Shown in pieces: positions 29,128-40,934 of a stretch of 58,386 nucleotides of DNA. This DNA is from Gammaproteobacteria bacterium (GTDB taxonomy: Bacteria > Pseudomonadota > Gammaproteobacteria > GCA-001735895). Under the pieces are notes generated by a model. That model was not told the origin of the DNA. It ran no database searches and saw nothing but the letters and a program-made list of their open reading frames with translations. A program made the translations under genes and the position numbers. The stretch's first letter is position 1; each line of letters starts with the position of its first letter. Location of the stretch: positions 1 through 58,386 of the forward strand of contig JBNKUM010000047.1 in assembly GCA_050298595.1 (NCBI GenBank). Direction: 5' to 3'.

Positions 29128-30156
29128 TTACGCAAACTCTTCGGTATCAATCTCAAGCTGCGTAGTCGCGTTATAACGCGTGCCCTGTACGGTTTTCTGG
29201 TTGATAGCTTCATCCATTAGCTGAATAGTTTCAGCATCCAGCGAGAGCTCGGCAGCGGCTGCATTTTCAAGCATATGTTCGATACGGGTAGTACCCGGAA
29301 TAGGAATAATATGCTTAGCTTTTGCCAGCAGCCATGCCAGTGATAATTGTCCTAAAGTACATTCATATTTATCTGCAAGTGGCTTCAAGCGCTCAAGTAA
29401 TGCCAGGTTAGCGGCATAGTTTTCTGCATCAAAACGTGGCATGTTACGTCGTAGATCTCCGGCTTCCAGTGTAGCCACATCGGTTAAGGCGCCGGTTAAA
29501 AATCCACGTCCCACGGGGCTGAATGCAACAAAGGCTATACCCAGTTCACGACAGGCCTGCAGTACTTTAATTTCCGGGTTGCGTGTCCATAGTGAATATT
29601 CGGTCTGCAGTGCAGCGATAGGGTGTTCCTGGTGAGCTTTTTGCAGCGTTTCTGCTGAAACCTCCGATAACCCCAGTGTGCGCACCTTGCCCTCTTCAAC
29701 CAGTCGCGCCATTTCACCGACCGGCTCTTCGACAGCTATTGCCTTATCCCAGCGATGCAGGTAATACAGATCAATCACATCGGTACCGAGTCGCTGCAGG
29801 CTATCTTCACAATGTTTGCGAATAACCTCAGGCCGGTTATTGATTGCGCGCTTGCCTTCAGCATCTTTGAACATGCCACATTTGCTGGCCAGTACAAATT
29901 CATTGCGCCTATGCATTACAGATTTCCCCAGCAGACTTTCATTGGCACCAAAGCCATATAAGGCGGCCGTATCCAGCATGTTATAGCCGGCATCCAGTGC
30001 CTGATTTAACAGCCTGCTTGAATACTCATGCTCAGGTGGTTTGGCATAGGCATGCGACAGGTTCATACAGCCGAGACTGATTTCGGATACTGAAAAGGGT
30101 CCTAACTGTCGTTGTTGCATCATTATTCTGCTCCGAGTTATGCTTTTTCCAGACAC
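29128..30156 (-). CDS. Aldo/keto reductase
   Basis: LGCMNLS, LDTAALYG, SKCG, DLYYLHR and IPIPGT; likely start about 30123. Confidence 0.93.
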   Translation of the reverse strand: MSGKSITRSRIMMQQRQLGPFSVSEISLGCMNLSHAYAKPPEHEYSSRLLNQALDAGYNMLDTAALYGFGANESLLGKSVMHRRNEFVLASKCGMFKDAEGKRAINNRPEVIRKHCEDSLQRLGTDVIDLYYLHRWDKAIAVEEPVGEMARLVEEGKVRTLGLSEVSAETLQKAHQEHPIAALQTEYSLWTRNPEIKVLQACRELGIAFVAFSPVGRGFLTGALTDVATLEAGDLRRNMPRFDAENYAANLALLERLKPLADKYECTLGQLSLAWLLAKAKHIIPIPGTTRIEHMLENAAAAELSLDAETIQLMDEAINQKTVQGTRYNATTQLEIDTEEFA

Positions 30157-31085
30157 TGCTCAAGTTGATCCAGTACCTGCATGGCGGCTAGCGCCTGATG
30201 CACGCTGGCATTGGGTTCACGACCTTCTTTAATAGCAGCAATAAATTCACGATCCTGTAACTCAATGCCATTCATGGATACGTCTACCTTACTCACATCA
30301 ATCTGTTCTTCCTTACCATTAAACAGATCATCGTAACGAGCAATAAAGGTGCCATTGTCACAGATATAACGGAAGAACGATCCCAGAGGACCATCATTAT
30401 TAAACGAAAGCGACAGGGTACAGATCGCACCCGACTCACTCTTCAGGCCAATACTCATATCCATCGCAATACCCAGCTCAGGATGCTTAGGACCTTCCAT
30501 CGCCTGTACCTGCACAATCTTCTCACCCGTTTGATAAGCAAACAGATCCACCGTATGACAGGCATGGTGCCAGAGTAAATGATCGGTCCAGGAACGAGCC
30601 TGTCCCAATGCATTCAGGTTTTTGCGGCGGAAGAAATAGGTTTGTACATCCATCTGCTGAATCTTGATTTCACCAGCAGTAATCTTGTTATGTACATATT
30701 GATGACTGGGGTTAAAACGACGTGTATGTCCTGCCATGGCGACCAGACCGGTTTCACTTTGAACATCACAGATTGCCTGCGCGTCTGCTAATGTATCTGC
30801 CATTGGTATCTCGATCATCACATGCTTACCTGCACGCATGACTTCAATCGCCTGCTTCGCATGAATAGGGGTAGGAGAAGTAATAATCGCCGCTTCAACT
30901 CCGGGTTGAGCCAGGCCTTCTGCCAGATCAGTAGTATAGTGAGGAATGCCATATTTCTCAGCAACTGCTTTAGTACTTTCTTCACTGCCACCGACGATAC
31001 TAACGACTTCAACGCCATCGATATTCTGTAAGGCATCCAGATGTTTACAGCCAAAAGCACCCTGACCGATCATTAATATTTTCAT
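30138..31085 (-). CDS. ligC: 4-carboxy-2-hydroxymuconate-6-semialdehyde dehydrogenase
   Basis: GQGAFG, GHTRRFNPSHQ and RSWTDHLLWHHACHTVDLF; follows ligAB. Confidence 0.92.
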   Translation of the reverse strand: MKILMIGQGAFGCKHLDALQNIDGVEVVSIVGGSEESTKAVAEKYGIPHYTTDLAEGLAQPGVEAAIITSPTPIHAKQAIEVMRAGKHVMIEIPMADTLADAQAICDVQSETGLVAMAGHTRRFNPSHQYVHNKITAGEIKIQQMDVQTYFFRRKNLNALGQARSWTDHLLWHHACHTVDLFAYQTGEKIVQVQAMEGPKHPELGIAMDMSIGLKSESGAICTLSLSFNNDGPLGSFFRYICDNGTFIARYDDLFNGKEEQIDVSKVDVSMNGIELQDREFIAAIKEGREPNASVHQALAAMQVLDQLEQCLEKA

Positions 31086-31113
31086 TGTATAGCTCCTGTT
31101 ATTTCTAATTTAT

Positions 31114-32341
<1,228 letters not shown>

Positions 32342-32345
<4 letters not shown>

Positions 32346-33388
32346 AACAGTCCGACTTCTTTTAAACGTGCATCCAGACGGCTAAACACCTGTCGCGTAT
32401 TGCCTGAGAATATTTGCTGTTTCTTTTCATCACTTAACTTACAGCCATCGATATAGCGCTTGGTATCGTCAAAATAGAAACCGGTTTGCGGGTCGATACC
32501 ACGCACCGCGCCTACCATCTCGGAGGCAAACAGAATGTTTTCCGTTGGCACAACATCAACCAGTAAATCGATACCTTCCTGATGATATACACAGGTATCA
32601 AAGTAAATATTGTTTTCAATAAAATCATTCAGCGGTTGCAGCTTCATCATATCGGATAGACCACGGAAACGGCCCCAGTGATAAGGCACGGCACCACCAC
32701 CATGCGGGATAATAAATTTCAGATCAGGGAAATCCTTAAACAGGGTTTCCGCCATCATTAATTGCTGGAATGCGGTGGTATCTGCACCCAGATAGTGTGA
32801 ACCTGTCGTGTGAAAACAGCGATGACAGCTACCGCTGACGTGGATCATTGCGGGAACATCGAGCTCAGACATTTTTTCGTAAATTGGATACCAGTAACGA
32901 TCATCCAGCGGAGGAGACTTCCAGTGACCGCCAGAAGGATCGGGACTCAGATTGCAGCCCACAAAACCCAGTTCGTTAACACAGCGCTCCAGCTCTTGCG
33001 CGCTGGCTTCCAGACCCGATTCGGGTGACTGCGGTAACTGTGCCGCACCGATGAAATTCTTTGGGTAGAGCTGAGTAATGCGATAGATTAAATCATTGCA
33101 ATGCTCGGTCCAGGTAGTACTGGTGGATTGATTACCGATATGGTGACCCATCCAGCTTGCGCGTGGTGAAAAGATAGTCACATCGCTGCCGCGTTCATTC
33201 TGTAATTTCAGCTGTGCGCCTTCCAGACTGTCACGAATCTGATCGTCGGAGATATTGATCACACCTTTTTCGTGCTGAAAAAGTGGGTCAGTCGCCAGAT
33301 CTTTTTTCTGCTGTTCACGATATGCACCCAGTTCATCCGGCGCTGTGGTGTAGTGACCATGACAATCGATAATTAATCCTTCGCTCAT
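32342..33388 (-). CDS. ligJ: 4-oxalomesaconate hydratase
   Basis: [29 protein letters not shown] and [14 protein letters not shown]. Confidence 0.93.
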
Positions 33389-34095
33389 TTCAAATCCTCC
33401 AATGTATCTACATACTTAAACCCTGCCGCTTCCAGACCGGGGCGCATCTTGTAATAATCCAGACCCAGAACACCACTGGTAAATATCTCTCGTTTACCAT
33501 CTTCATTGGCTTCGCGGGCCAGAGCCGCTTCAAGTGTTTTTTCTGCGTTGGCGCGTGGTACTACGCACACACCATCATCATCGGCAACAACCACATCGCC
33601 CGGTACTATATGCTGCCCGGCACATTGAATAGGCACATTCACCGAACCCAGCGTATTTTTGACCGTACCTCTGATGGAAACCGCCTTAGACCAGACAGGA
33701 AAACCCATTTCTTTCAGGTCACGGGTATCACGCACACCACCATCGATAATCAGCCCTTTTACACCATGAGCCAGGGCTGAAGCTGCCAGCAAATCACCAA
33801 AAAAGCCATCCGTACAGGGAGTGATTGTAGCAACAATCAGGACATCACCCGGTTGAACCAGCTCCATAGCAACATGCAACATCCAGTTATCTCCTGGCTG
33901 CGCAAGCACCGTAACTGCACTACCGGCAATACGCGCACCGGAATAAATGGGTCGCAGATAGGGCTCAAGGTTACCAATGCGCCCCTGTGCCTCATGTACC
34001 GTGGCAGAACCCAGTCGTCCAAGCTCCTCTACCACTTCATTATCGGCACGCTCGATATTTTTAACGGCCACGCCCAGAACTGTATGTGTAATCAT
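33385..34095 (-). CDS. ligK: 4-carboxy-4-hydroxy-2-oxoadipate aldolase
   Basis: [28 protein letters not shown] and GVRD. Confidence 0.93.
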   Translation of the reverse strand: MITHTVLGVAVKNIERADNEVVEELGRLGSATVHEAQGRIGNLEPYLRPIYSGARIAGSAVTVLAQPGDNWMLHVAMELVQPGDVLIVATITPCTDGFFGDLLAASALAHGVKGLIIDGGVRDTRDLKEMGFPVWSKAVSIRGTVKNTLGSVNVPIQCAGQHIVPGDVVVADDDGVCVVPRANAEKTLEAALAREANEDGKREIFTSGVLGLDYYKMRPGLEAAGFKYVDTLEDLK

Positions 34096-34105
34096 TTTTT
34101 AAACC

Positions 34106-34978
34106 TCAATCATCAAAGCCGTACAGGCGTGCAGGGTTATCCACCAGAATCTTCTTTTGTAGCGCTTCATCGCGCGCAATCAAAGGCACCAGATCCAGCA
34201 GATCGGCATCGTTAGGCATATGTTTCTTAATATTGGGATGCGGGTAATCGGTGCCCCACAGGATTCTGTCTGGAGCAATCTCTACCAGACCCTGAGCATA
34301 AGGAATCGCATCGTAGAAGGGAGGTGCAATAGCAATACGTTCCGAACCACAAACCTTTACCCACCAGTTTTCACGCTGCATAAAATCACACAGGATCTGG
34401 TAAGCCTTCTGGCCAACACCCTCAGAGGTAGGTACACGCCCCATATGATCAACTACGATCTGCATATCGATCTGGTTAAAGAATTCTTCGTATTGAATGA
34501 TGTCTTCGGCATTTACATGGATCACCAGATGCCAGCCTAAGGGCTTCACTCGATCCAGCACAGTTTGCATCATTTCAAGATTTGGCGCACCACCCAGATG
34601 CGTTACAAAGTTAAAACGCACACCGCGTACACCGCCATCATGCAGGTCCTGAAAATCATTTTCTGAGAAGGTATCATTTGCAATACACACACCACGATAT
34701 GCACCGTTACTGCTTTTGATCGCATCCATCATGCCTCGGTTATCGATACCATGACAGCTTGCCTGAACCAGTACCGCACGTTCGATGCCTAATTTATCGT
34801 GCAGGCGTTTTAGAGCATGCTTATCTGCATCGGGTGGCCAGTAGGTCGCCTTCTCAGAATAAGGGAAGGTTTCGTGTGGCCCAAAAACGTGACAATGTGC
34901 ATCACAGGCTTTAGCTGGCGCTTTGTAGCGTGGGGTACGGGTATTGTTATCGGGTGCCATGCAACTTGGCTTACTCAT
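34106..34978 (-). CDS. ligI: 2-pyrone-4,6-dicarboxylate hydrolase
   Basis: ACDAHCHVFGP, VQASCHG, GVRFNFV, DHMGR and WGTDYPHPN. Confidence 0.88.
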   Translation of the reverse strand: MSKPSCMAPDNNTRTPRYKAPAKACDAHCHVFGPHETFPYSEKATYWPPDADKHALKRLHDKLGIERAVLVQASCHGIDNRGMMDAIKSSNGAYRGVCIANDTFSENDFQDLHDGGVRGVRFNFVTHLGGAPNLEMMQTVLDRVKPLGWHLVIHVNAEDIIQYEEFFNQIDMQIVVDHMGRVPTSEGVGQKAYQILCDFMQRENWWVKVCGSERIAIAPPFYDAIPYAQGLVEIAPDRILWGTDYPHPNIKKHMPNDADLLDLVPLIARDEALQKKILVDNPARLYGFDD

Positions 34979-36072
34979 TTTTTATTCTCCGGTATATAAA
35001 GCTCGCCTTTACTTAACAGTCTTGTTGTTCTTAACAAACCTGCCTTGACCACATCTCCCTGATCATCCAGTGTCAACTCAACAGAAAACTCTCCTGAAGG
35101 ATGTTCAACGGACATCTTTTTATTGCGGCCCTCGGGAATACTGGCGATACCACTGGCGACCGAGTCCTGCAAAATACAGGCGGTTGCAACGGATACCGCT
35201 CCTAGCACACCTATGGCAGCATGACAGACATGTGGAATAAAGGTTCTGGTACAGACATGTCCTCCCGCTCTGGGAGGACTGATTAAACTCATCTTGGGCA
35301 CGACCTTTTTGGTCACATCCCCTAGATTCATTAATTTCCCCGCCTGCAGGCGAATCGCCTCCAGACGAGCACGGAAATCTTCATCCGCAGATAATTCTTC
35401 GCAACTTTCATAGCCGGTCTTGCCCATATCAGCGGCATTAATTACCACCACCGGCATGCCATTATCGATACAGGTTACAGGCACACCATTGATCACATCG
35501 CGGTTATTGCCAGTGGGTAGTAATGATCCGCAGGCTGACCCTGCCACATCCAGATAATTGCAGATTACGGGGGCCGCAGTGCCTGGCACACCGTCAATAC
35601 GTACATCCCCCTGATACTCAACTTTTCCATTGGGGGTTTCGATGATTTGCTCGCACAGGTTGCCGCTATTCACCATATAGATTTGAAAGCTAGTGGTATC
35701 ACCCTGTGCGGGCAGCAGTCCGCTTTCAATCGCAAACGCTCCAACCCCGGCCAGAATATTGCCGCAGTTGGGTGAGCTATCAACGCGATCCTCTCCCACC
35801 ACGACCTGAACAAACAGATAGTCCAGATCCGCATCATCACGCTCAGAAACACTGACGATGCCGACCTTGCTGGTTAAGGGGTTGGCCCCACCCAGACCGT
35901 CTATCTGACGCGCGTCTCGACCCAGCGCGTCAAGTAACACCTGATCACGTTCGGCTTCATCCTGTGGCAGGTCACTAGCGCGGAAGTAAACGCCTTTTGA
36001 GCTTCCGCCACGGATTTGCATAAAGGGTATAGAGGTTTGCATTGAACGCTCAACTTTGAGAGAAAGTATCAT
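34975..36072 (-). CDS. ligU: 4-oxalomesaconate tautomerase (PrpF family, LigU/GalD)
   Basis: RGGSSKG, RQIDGLGG, NCGNILAGVG, FIPHVCH and EHPSG; likely start 36042. Confidence 0.9.
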   Translation of the reverse strand: MILSLKVERSMQTSIPFMQIRGGSSKGVYFRASDLPQDEAERDQVLLDALGRDARQIDGLGGANPLTSKVGIVSVSERDDADLDYLFVQVVVGEDRVDSSPNCGNILAGVGAFAIESGLLPAQGDTTSFQIYMVNSGNLCEQIIETPNGKVEYQGDVRIDGVPGTAAPVICNYLDVAGSACGSLLPTGNNRDVINGVPVTCIDNGMPVVVINAADMGKTGYESCEELSADEDFRARLEAIRLQAGKLMNLGDVTKKVVPKMSLISPPRAGGHVCTRTFIPHVCHAAIGVLGAVSVATACILQDSVASGIASIPEGRNKKMSVEHPSGEFSVELTLDDQGDVVKAGLLRTTRLLSKGELYIPENKK

Positions 36073-36096
36073 TTTATAGCCAGTCCATTAAACTAT

Positions 36097-36130
36097 ATAT
36101 GCAAATTAAGGTGTTATTATTGTACTTTTA
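36097..36130 (-). promoter_or_regulatory. Putative AraC (PobR-type) site upstream of ligU
   Basis: ATATGCAA-N11-ATTATTGTACTTTTA, with identical boxes and spacing at 39127-39160. Confidence 0.65.
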
Positions 36131-36187
36131 AATCACAATTTAAAAGATTTTCTGATTTTTTCGCAAACTCCGTGCAAAAACAGGCTT

Positions 36188-37486
36188 TTAGGCAGCACTT
36201 CCTATTAGACCTAAAGACAGTACCGGGAACGCGATTAACAGGCCAAGACGTACTATGTCAGATAACACAAAAGGAAAAACCCCTTTAAAAATATCCTTAA
36301 TTGAAATATCAGGCGCTACCGATTTTATGACAAAAACATTCATTCCTATTGGCGGCGTTATCAGACCCAGCTCAACTGTAATCACGGTTAAGATACCGAA
36401 CCAGATCGGATCTATGCCTGCAGCCTGTATCAATGGGTAAACCACTGGTACCGTCAGCAACAGCATTGCAATACTATCCATCACACAGCCCAGCAATATG
36501 TACAGAATCAGTACACAAAACAGGACTGCCAAAGGTGCCAGCCCCAAACTGTCCACCCATTCAACCAGTGCAAAAGAGATACGTGAAACCGACAGGAAAT
36601 AGCCGAATATCTCTGCACCGATAATCATGAAGAAAATCATCGCACTGAGGAACAGGGTTTCCTGTACAGCATCTTTGAAATGATGAAAATCCATACCCCG
36701 AAACAATGCGATCACCAGTGCACCAAACGCTCCAACCGCAGCTGCCTCAGTTGGCGTAAAGATACCCATATATATTCCGCCAATGATCAGGGCAAAAATA
36801 AATGCAAACGGCAAAACCCCTTTGAGACCAATTATCTTTTCTTTAAATGAGGTTTTTTCACTGGACTGCGCCAGATTCGGAAAAAGCCAGACAGATACCG
36901 CTATAGCCACGCAATACAGCGCAAGCCCCATCAGGCCAGGAATGATACCTGCCACGAACATCGCGCCCACCGATTGCTCAGTAATCAGTGCATATAGCAA
37001 CAACGCTATAGAAGGTGGAATCATAATGCCCAACGTACCACCGGCTGCCAGAGTGCCTGCCGCTAACGAATTAGCATAACCATTCTTGCGCATTTCGGGT
37101 AAAGCAACTTTTGACATACTGGCAGCAGTTGCCAACGATGAGCCTGAAATTGCTGCAAAAATACCGCATGAGGTGACCGCCGCCAGCGCCATACCACCAC
37201 GCCACCCGCCAAACAATGTTTTCGCGCCATTGAACAACTCACTCGACATCTTTGCTTTGGAGGCAAACACGCCCATCAATATAAACATCGGTATCGGACT
37301 GAAACTGTAATTAGATAATGTTTCAAAGGGGCCGCTTTCCAGGATTGAGATAGCAGGTTCAAAAGCCACGATGGCGCCAAAACCGACGAATCCGGCCAGT
37401 GCCATGGCCAGCGCTATCGGGCATCGCAAAGCAATTAATATAAGCATGCCCGCAAGGCATATAAATCCAATTAAAGCAGAACTCAC
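36188..37486 (-). CDS. dctM: TRAP transporter large permease
   Basis: AISGSSLATA, GGTLGIMIPPS, GIFTPTEAA and LGLITPPIG. Confidence 0.95.
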   Translation of the reverse strand: MSSALIGFICLAGMLILIALRCPIALAMALAGFVGFGAIVAFEPAISILESGPFETLSNYSFSPIPMFILMGVFASKAKMSSELFNGAKTLFGGWRGGMALAAVTSCGIFAAISGSSLATAASMSKVALPEMRKNGYANSLAAGTLAAGGTLGIMIPPSIALLLYALITEQSVGAMFVAGIIPGLMGLALYCVAIAVSVWLFPNLAQSSEKTSFKEKIIGLKGVLPFAFIFALIIGGIYMGIFTPTEAAAVGAFGALVIALFRGMDFHHFKDAVQETLFLSAMIFFMIIGAEIFGYFLSVSRISFALVEWVDSLGLAPLAVLFCVLILYILLGCVMDSIAMLLLTVPVVYPLIQAAGIDPIWFGILTVITVELGLITPPIGMNVFVIKSVAPDISIKDIFKGVFPFVLSDIVRLGLLIAFPVLSLGLIGSAA

Positions 37487-37992
37487 TACAAACTCCTGCT
37501 TTTTGCTATACGTTCAAATGAAACAAGAAAACCACGTACAGCAAGCATGGCTGCAGGGATAATAGCCAGACCATAGATATAAGACATGGGTATCAGTAAG
37601 TCCTGTGAAGTTTCACCGTTTTCAGCCACACGCTGCATCGACTCGTATAAACCATAGGTCATACCAAGCCCGAGCAGACCAAAACCAAAAGTATAAAAAC
37701 CGAGTAGAAACTCCTTCAGACGATCGCTCATTCCTTCAGTAAACAAATCGACAATGACCTGTCCACGACTCACTGAATAAGGCAGAGAAAAAAGCACCAT
37801 AAACAACAGGCTATAACTAATCAGCTCGATGCCACCTAAAAAGGTGACATCGACTGATCCATCTGTTCCATTAAAAATCATTCGAGAAAAGATATCTGCC
37901 ATTGTAATTAGCATCATCGATATCAATAGAATTCCCGACAGGATATGCATCAGGTGTGACACTTTTTTTACTATATCGTGAATGAAGCTCAT
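37486..37992 (-). CDS. dctQ: TRAP transporter small permease
   Basis: Four TM segments; located between dctP and dctM. Confidence 0.88.
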   Translation of the reverse strand: MSFIHDIVKKVSHLMHILSGILLISMMLITMADIFSRMIFNGTDGSVDVTFLGGIELISYSLLFMVLFSLPYSVSRGQVIVDLFTEGMSDRLKEFLLGFYTFGFGLLGLGMTYGLYESMQRVAENGETSQDLLIPMSYIYGLAIIPAAMLAVRGFLVSFERIAKSRSL

Positions 37993-38025
37993 GTTTTAAA
38001 CCTTCATCGGTGCACAGATGTAAAT

Positions 38026-39051
38026 CTATTTACAGCTAACAGCCAGTTCCTGAGCACGCTTATAAACTTTACGCGCAGGCAGACCTTTCTCTTCCAGTTC
38101 AGATAAATATGACTCAGTAGCTGCATCCAGGATAGGCTTCCATGCAGGATTATTTTCACCACCTTCGATAGTTACTATATTGTGACCCGCTGCTACCGCC
38201 TGAGCACGACCTTTCACATCACTCGCGTCAAACACAACACCAGCCTTCTTAGCCCAGGTAAGGCCAGAATTTTTATCAATAACCTTCTTCTGAGCAGCAG
38301 TTAATCCATCATAAACCGACTTATTCATAGTGACGATAAATGACAGAGAGTAAAGACCGATTTCTGTATGCTGCTTTGCCAGTTCATTAAGCCTGAAAGA
38401 CAAGGCACCTTCCCAGGGTAAGGCAACACCATCAATAACACCGCGCTGCATAGACTGATATGACTGAGGAGCAGGCATACCAACAGGCTTGGCACCCAGA
38501 CCTTCCAGAATCTTGCTCACTACCGTTGTAGGACGTCTAATCTTCAGCCCGGCAAAATCTTCTGGCTTTTTGATTTCTTTATCTCGGGTATGTATATGGC
38601 CGGGGCCATGGGTAAACATAAAGACAGGCCTGGTATCTTCATACTCGGATGCGATCAATCCTTCATCATAAAGAGTCTGTATAATACATGAACCATGTTC
38701 TGCATTTTTAACAATGCCAGGTAACTCGACTACCTGGGTTAATGGGAAACGATTGGCGCTGTATCCCTGCACAGTAGCCGTCATATCTGCGATACGACTT
38801 TTAACGGCTTCATACTGAGCAGGCGGTTTTGCCAGAGTTCCTGATGGATAGACCTCAACCTTGATGCTGCCATTTGATTCTTTTTCTACCGTATCAGCCC
38901 ATACCTGCATGAGATTTTTATGTGCTCCAGATACAGGAGGCCATAGATGTGCAAATCTCAGGGTCACATCTGACGCAAACACACTTGTGGAAGATGAAAT
39001 AATTGTTGCGCCCAGCAACAGGCTCTGAATGATTTTCTTTATGAAGTTCAT
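38026..39051 (-). CDS. dctP: TRAP substrate-binding protein (probably aromatic acid)
   Basis: Signal peptide; LRFAHLWP, VEVYPSGTL, GLKIRRP and MQRGVIDG. Confidence 0.92.
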   Translation of the reverse strand: MNFIKKIIQSLLLGATIISSSTSVFASDVTLRFAHLWPPVSGAHKNLMQVWADTVEKESNGSIKVEVYPSGTLAKPPAQYEAVKSRIADMTATVQGYSANRFPLTQVVELPGIVKNAEHGSCIIQTLYDEGLIASEYEDTRPVFMFTHGPGHIHTRDKEIKKPEDFAGLKIRRPTTVVSKILEGLGAKPVGMPAPQSYQSMQRGVIDGVALPWEGALSFRLNELAKQHTEIGLYSLSFIVTMNKSVYDGLTAAQKKVIDKNSGLTWAKKAGVVFDASDVKGRAQAVAAGHNIVTIEGGENNPAWKPILDAATESYLSELEEKGLPARKVYKRAQELAVSCK

Positions 39052-39126
39052 GATTTCCTCGACAATTGCTAATATTTAGAATTTATATTCGTGCCATTGA
39101 ATTATATTGAGAGGGAAAACAAAATA

Positions 39127-39160
39127 ATATGCAACTAATAAGTAGATTATTGTACTTTTA
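39127..39160 (-). promoter_or_regulatory. Putative AraC (PobR-type) site upstream of dctP
   Basis: Second copy of ATATGCAA-N11-ATTATTGTACTTTTA. Confidence 0.65.
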
Positions 39161-39216
39161 TTGCATATTGAAACAGCAAGCCTTACATAATTTCCAAAAC
39201 CTGTACTATTTGAAGC

Positions 39217-39245
39217 AAAAAACACCGTCGATTACTCGAAGGTGC
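39217..39245 (-). terminator. Terminator of the pobA-P450-ferredoxin-reductase unit
   Basis: Minus strand GCACCTTCGA-gtaa-TCGACGGTGT followed by a T run. Confidence 0.65.
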
Positions 39246-39350
39246 TTTAGCTTTAAACCTGGATTCCGTAGTTGACCGCTCGCACTAGAAGGTAACCCGC
39301 TGTTTCATAAACCATTAGAGTAGATTTATCTTTTCATCCAGCAGCTTGCA

Positions 39351-40568
39351 TTAAATTACAGCCTGTTTCAGGTCAAAACTGACATCAGCCGCCTGTTTAA
39401 CCGTCAGGTTATTTTGACCGTTTAGCAATTTCCTTCCCGCCATATGATCCGCCGGGCTATTGATACTATCGATAGCAATTAAATTCCCCTTCCTGAAGTA
39501 GAACCAGGAAAAGCTATCACTTTCTCCATCACCTCTCATAACTGCCTCGTCATAACCGCTAGATAATCCGACCATCTGTAATTTAACGTGATATTGATCA
39601 GACCAGAACCAGGGCGCAGCTTCAAACGGCTTAGCCTGACCCATAATACTGGCTGCTACCGATTTGGCCATTTCGACGGCATTCTGCACCGATTCCAGCC
39701 GACGCAGACTGCCATTTGGCATTTTTTGAGCCGTACAGTCTCCCAGCGCATAGACATCTGGATCACTGCTACAGCCAGAACTATCGATAATGACACCACC
39801 GTCGCATTCAATGCCGGCGCTTTGTGCAAGCTCCTGATTAGGCAACACACCCACCCCAAGAACCACCATATCTGCTGCCAGTTGCTTTCCATTACTCAGC
39901 TTTACAGCCGTCACCTGGCCAGATTCGGTGACTACTTCACTGACAGCAGCATTGAGTAGAATCTCGCAACCCTGCTTTTCATGCAGGGTTTTGAAATACT
40001 CTGAAATCATCGGTGACACCACGCGAGACATCAGTCGATCAGCAAATTCAACGACCGTTACTTTCTTGCCCAGCTTGATCGCAACTGCCGCCATTTCCAG
40101 ACCAATAAACCCGCCACCAACCACGACCAGATTGTTTACAGAGCCTATTTGTGCGGCAATTGCCAGCGTGTCATCCAGGCTGCGCAGGCTATGTACGCCT
40201 TTCGCATTAACCTGCTCGACAGGCGGTATGCGAGCGCGCGAACCGGTAGCCAGGATCAACTTGCTATAGCTGATGATGTCACCATTATCCAGCGTTACCG
40301 TCTTGCTGGACGCGTCTATAGCCGTGACCTGCACGCCTGTTCTGAGCTGAATATGCTTTTTTTCAAACACAGCTGGCTGTCGAATAATCAACTGCTCCTG
40401 GGTATACTCACCCAGCAAAAACGCCTTACTCAAAGGTGGTCGATTATAGGGCGCATGAGACTCATCACCGAGCATCAATATCGGACCTTCGTATTTACCA
40501 CTGCGCAGGCTTTCAGCTGCCTGTAAACCGCCCTGTCCGGCACCTACAATCACCACCGGCGCCGTCAT
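39351..40568 (-). CDS. FAD-dependent ferredoxin reductase (putidaredoxin-reductase type)
   Basis: GAGQGG, YNRPPLSK, GGGFIGLE, RLESVQNA and PWFWSDQY. Confidence 0.95.
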   Translation of the reverse strand: MTAPVVIVGAGQGGLQAAESLRSGKYEGPILMLGDESHAPYNRPPLSKAFLLGEYTQEQLIIRQPAVFEKKHIQLRTGVQVTAIDASSKTVTLDNGDIISYSKLILATGSRARIPPVEQVNAKGVHSLRSLDDTLAIAAQIGSVNNLVVVGGGFIGLEMAAVAIKLGKKVTVVEFADRLMSRVVSPMISEYFKTLHEKQGCEILLNAAVSEVVTESGQVTAVKLSNGKQLAADMVVLGVGVLPNQELAQSAGIECDGGVIIDSSGCSSDPDVYALGDCTAQKMPNGSLRRLESVQNAVEMAKSVAASIMGQAKPFEAAPWFWSDQYHVKLQMVGLSSGYDEAVMRGDGESDSFSWFYFRKGNLIAIDSINSPADHMAGRKLLNGQNNLTVKQAADVSFDLKQAVI

Positions 40569-40891
40569 TAGCTTTGCGCCTCAGGTAGACGAACCACCAT
40601 GCCATCCAAATCAGCAGTAACCTTTACCTGACAGGCCAGACGGCTGTTGGGCTTACGCTCAGCCACCACTTCTTCCAGCATTTCCAGTTCGGTTTCATTA
40701 GCATCCGGTAGCTTATGGGCGAATTCATCATCGATATAACAATGGCAGGTAGCGCAGCAGCAGGAACCACCACACTCAGCCTCGATACCATCCACACCAT
40801 TTGCCACTGCCGCCTGCATCAGCGTCCAACCTTCCTGAACCTCCATTTCGGTTGCTTCGCCATCGGCTTCTATATAGGTCACTGTTACCAT
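40568..40891 (-). CDS. [2Fe-2S] ferredoxin (putidaredoxin type)
   Basis: CGGSCCCATCH and SRLACQ. Confidence 0.95.
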   Translation of the reverse strand: MVTVTYIEADGEATEMEVQEGWTLMQAAVANGVDGIEAECGGSCCCATCHCYIDDEFAHKLPDANETELEMLEEVVAERKPNSRLACQVKVTADLDGMVVRLPEAQS

Positions 40892-40934
40892 GTTTTAATA
40901 CTCACTGTTTGTTAATCTATCTTTGTTAAGCTAT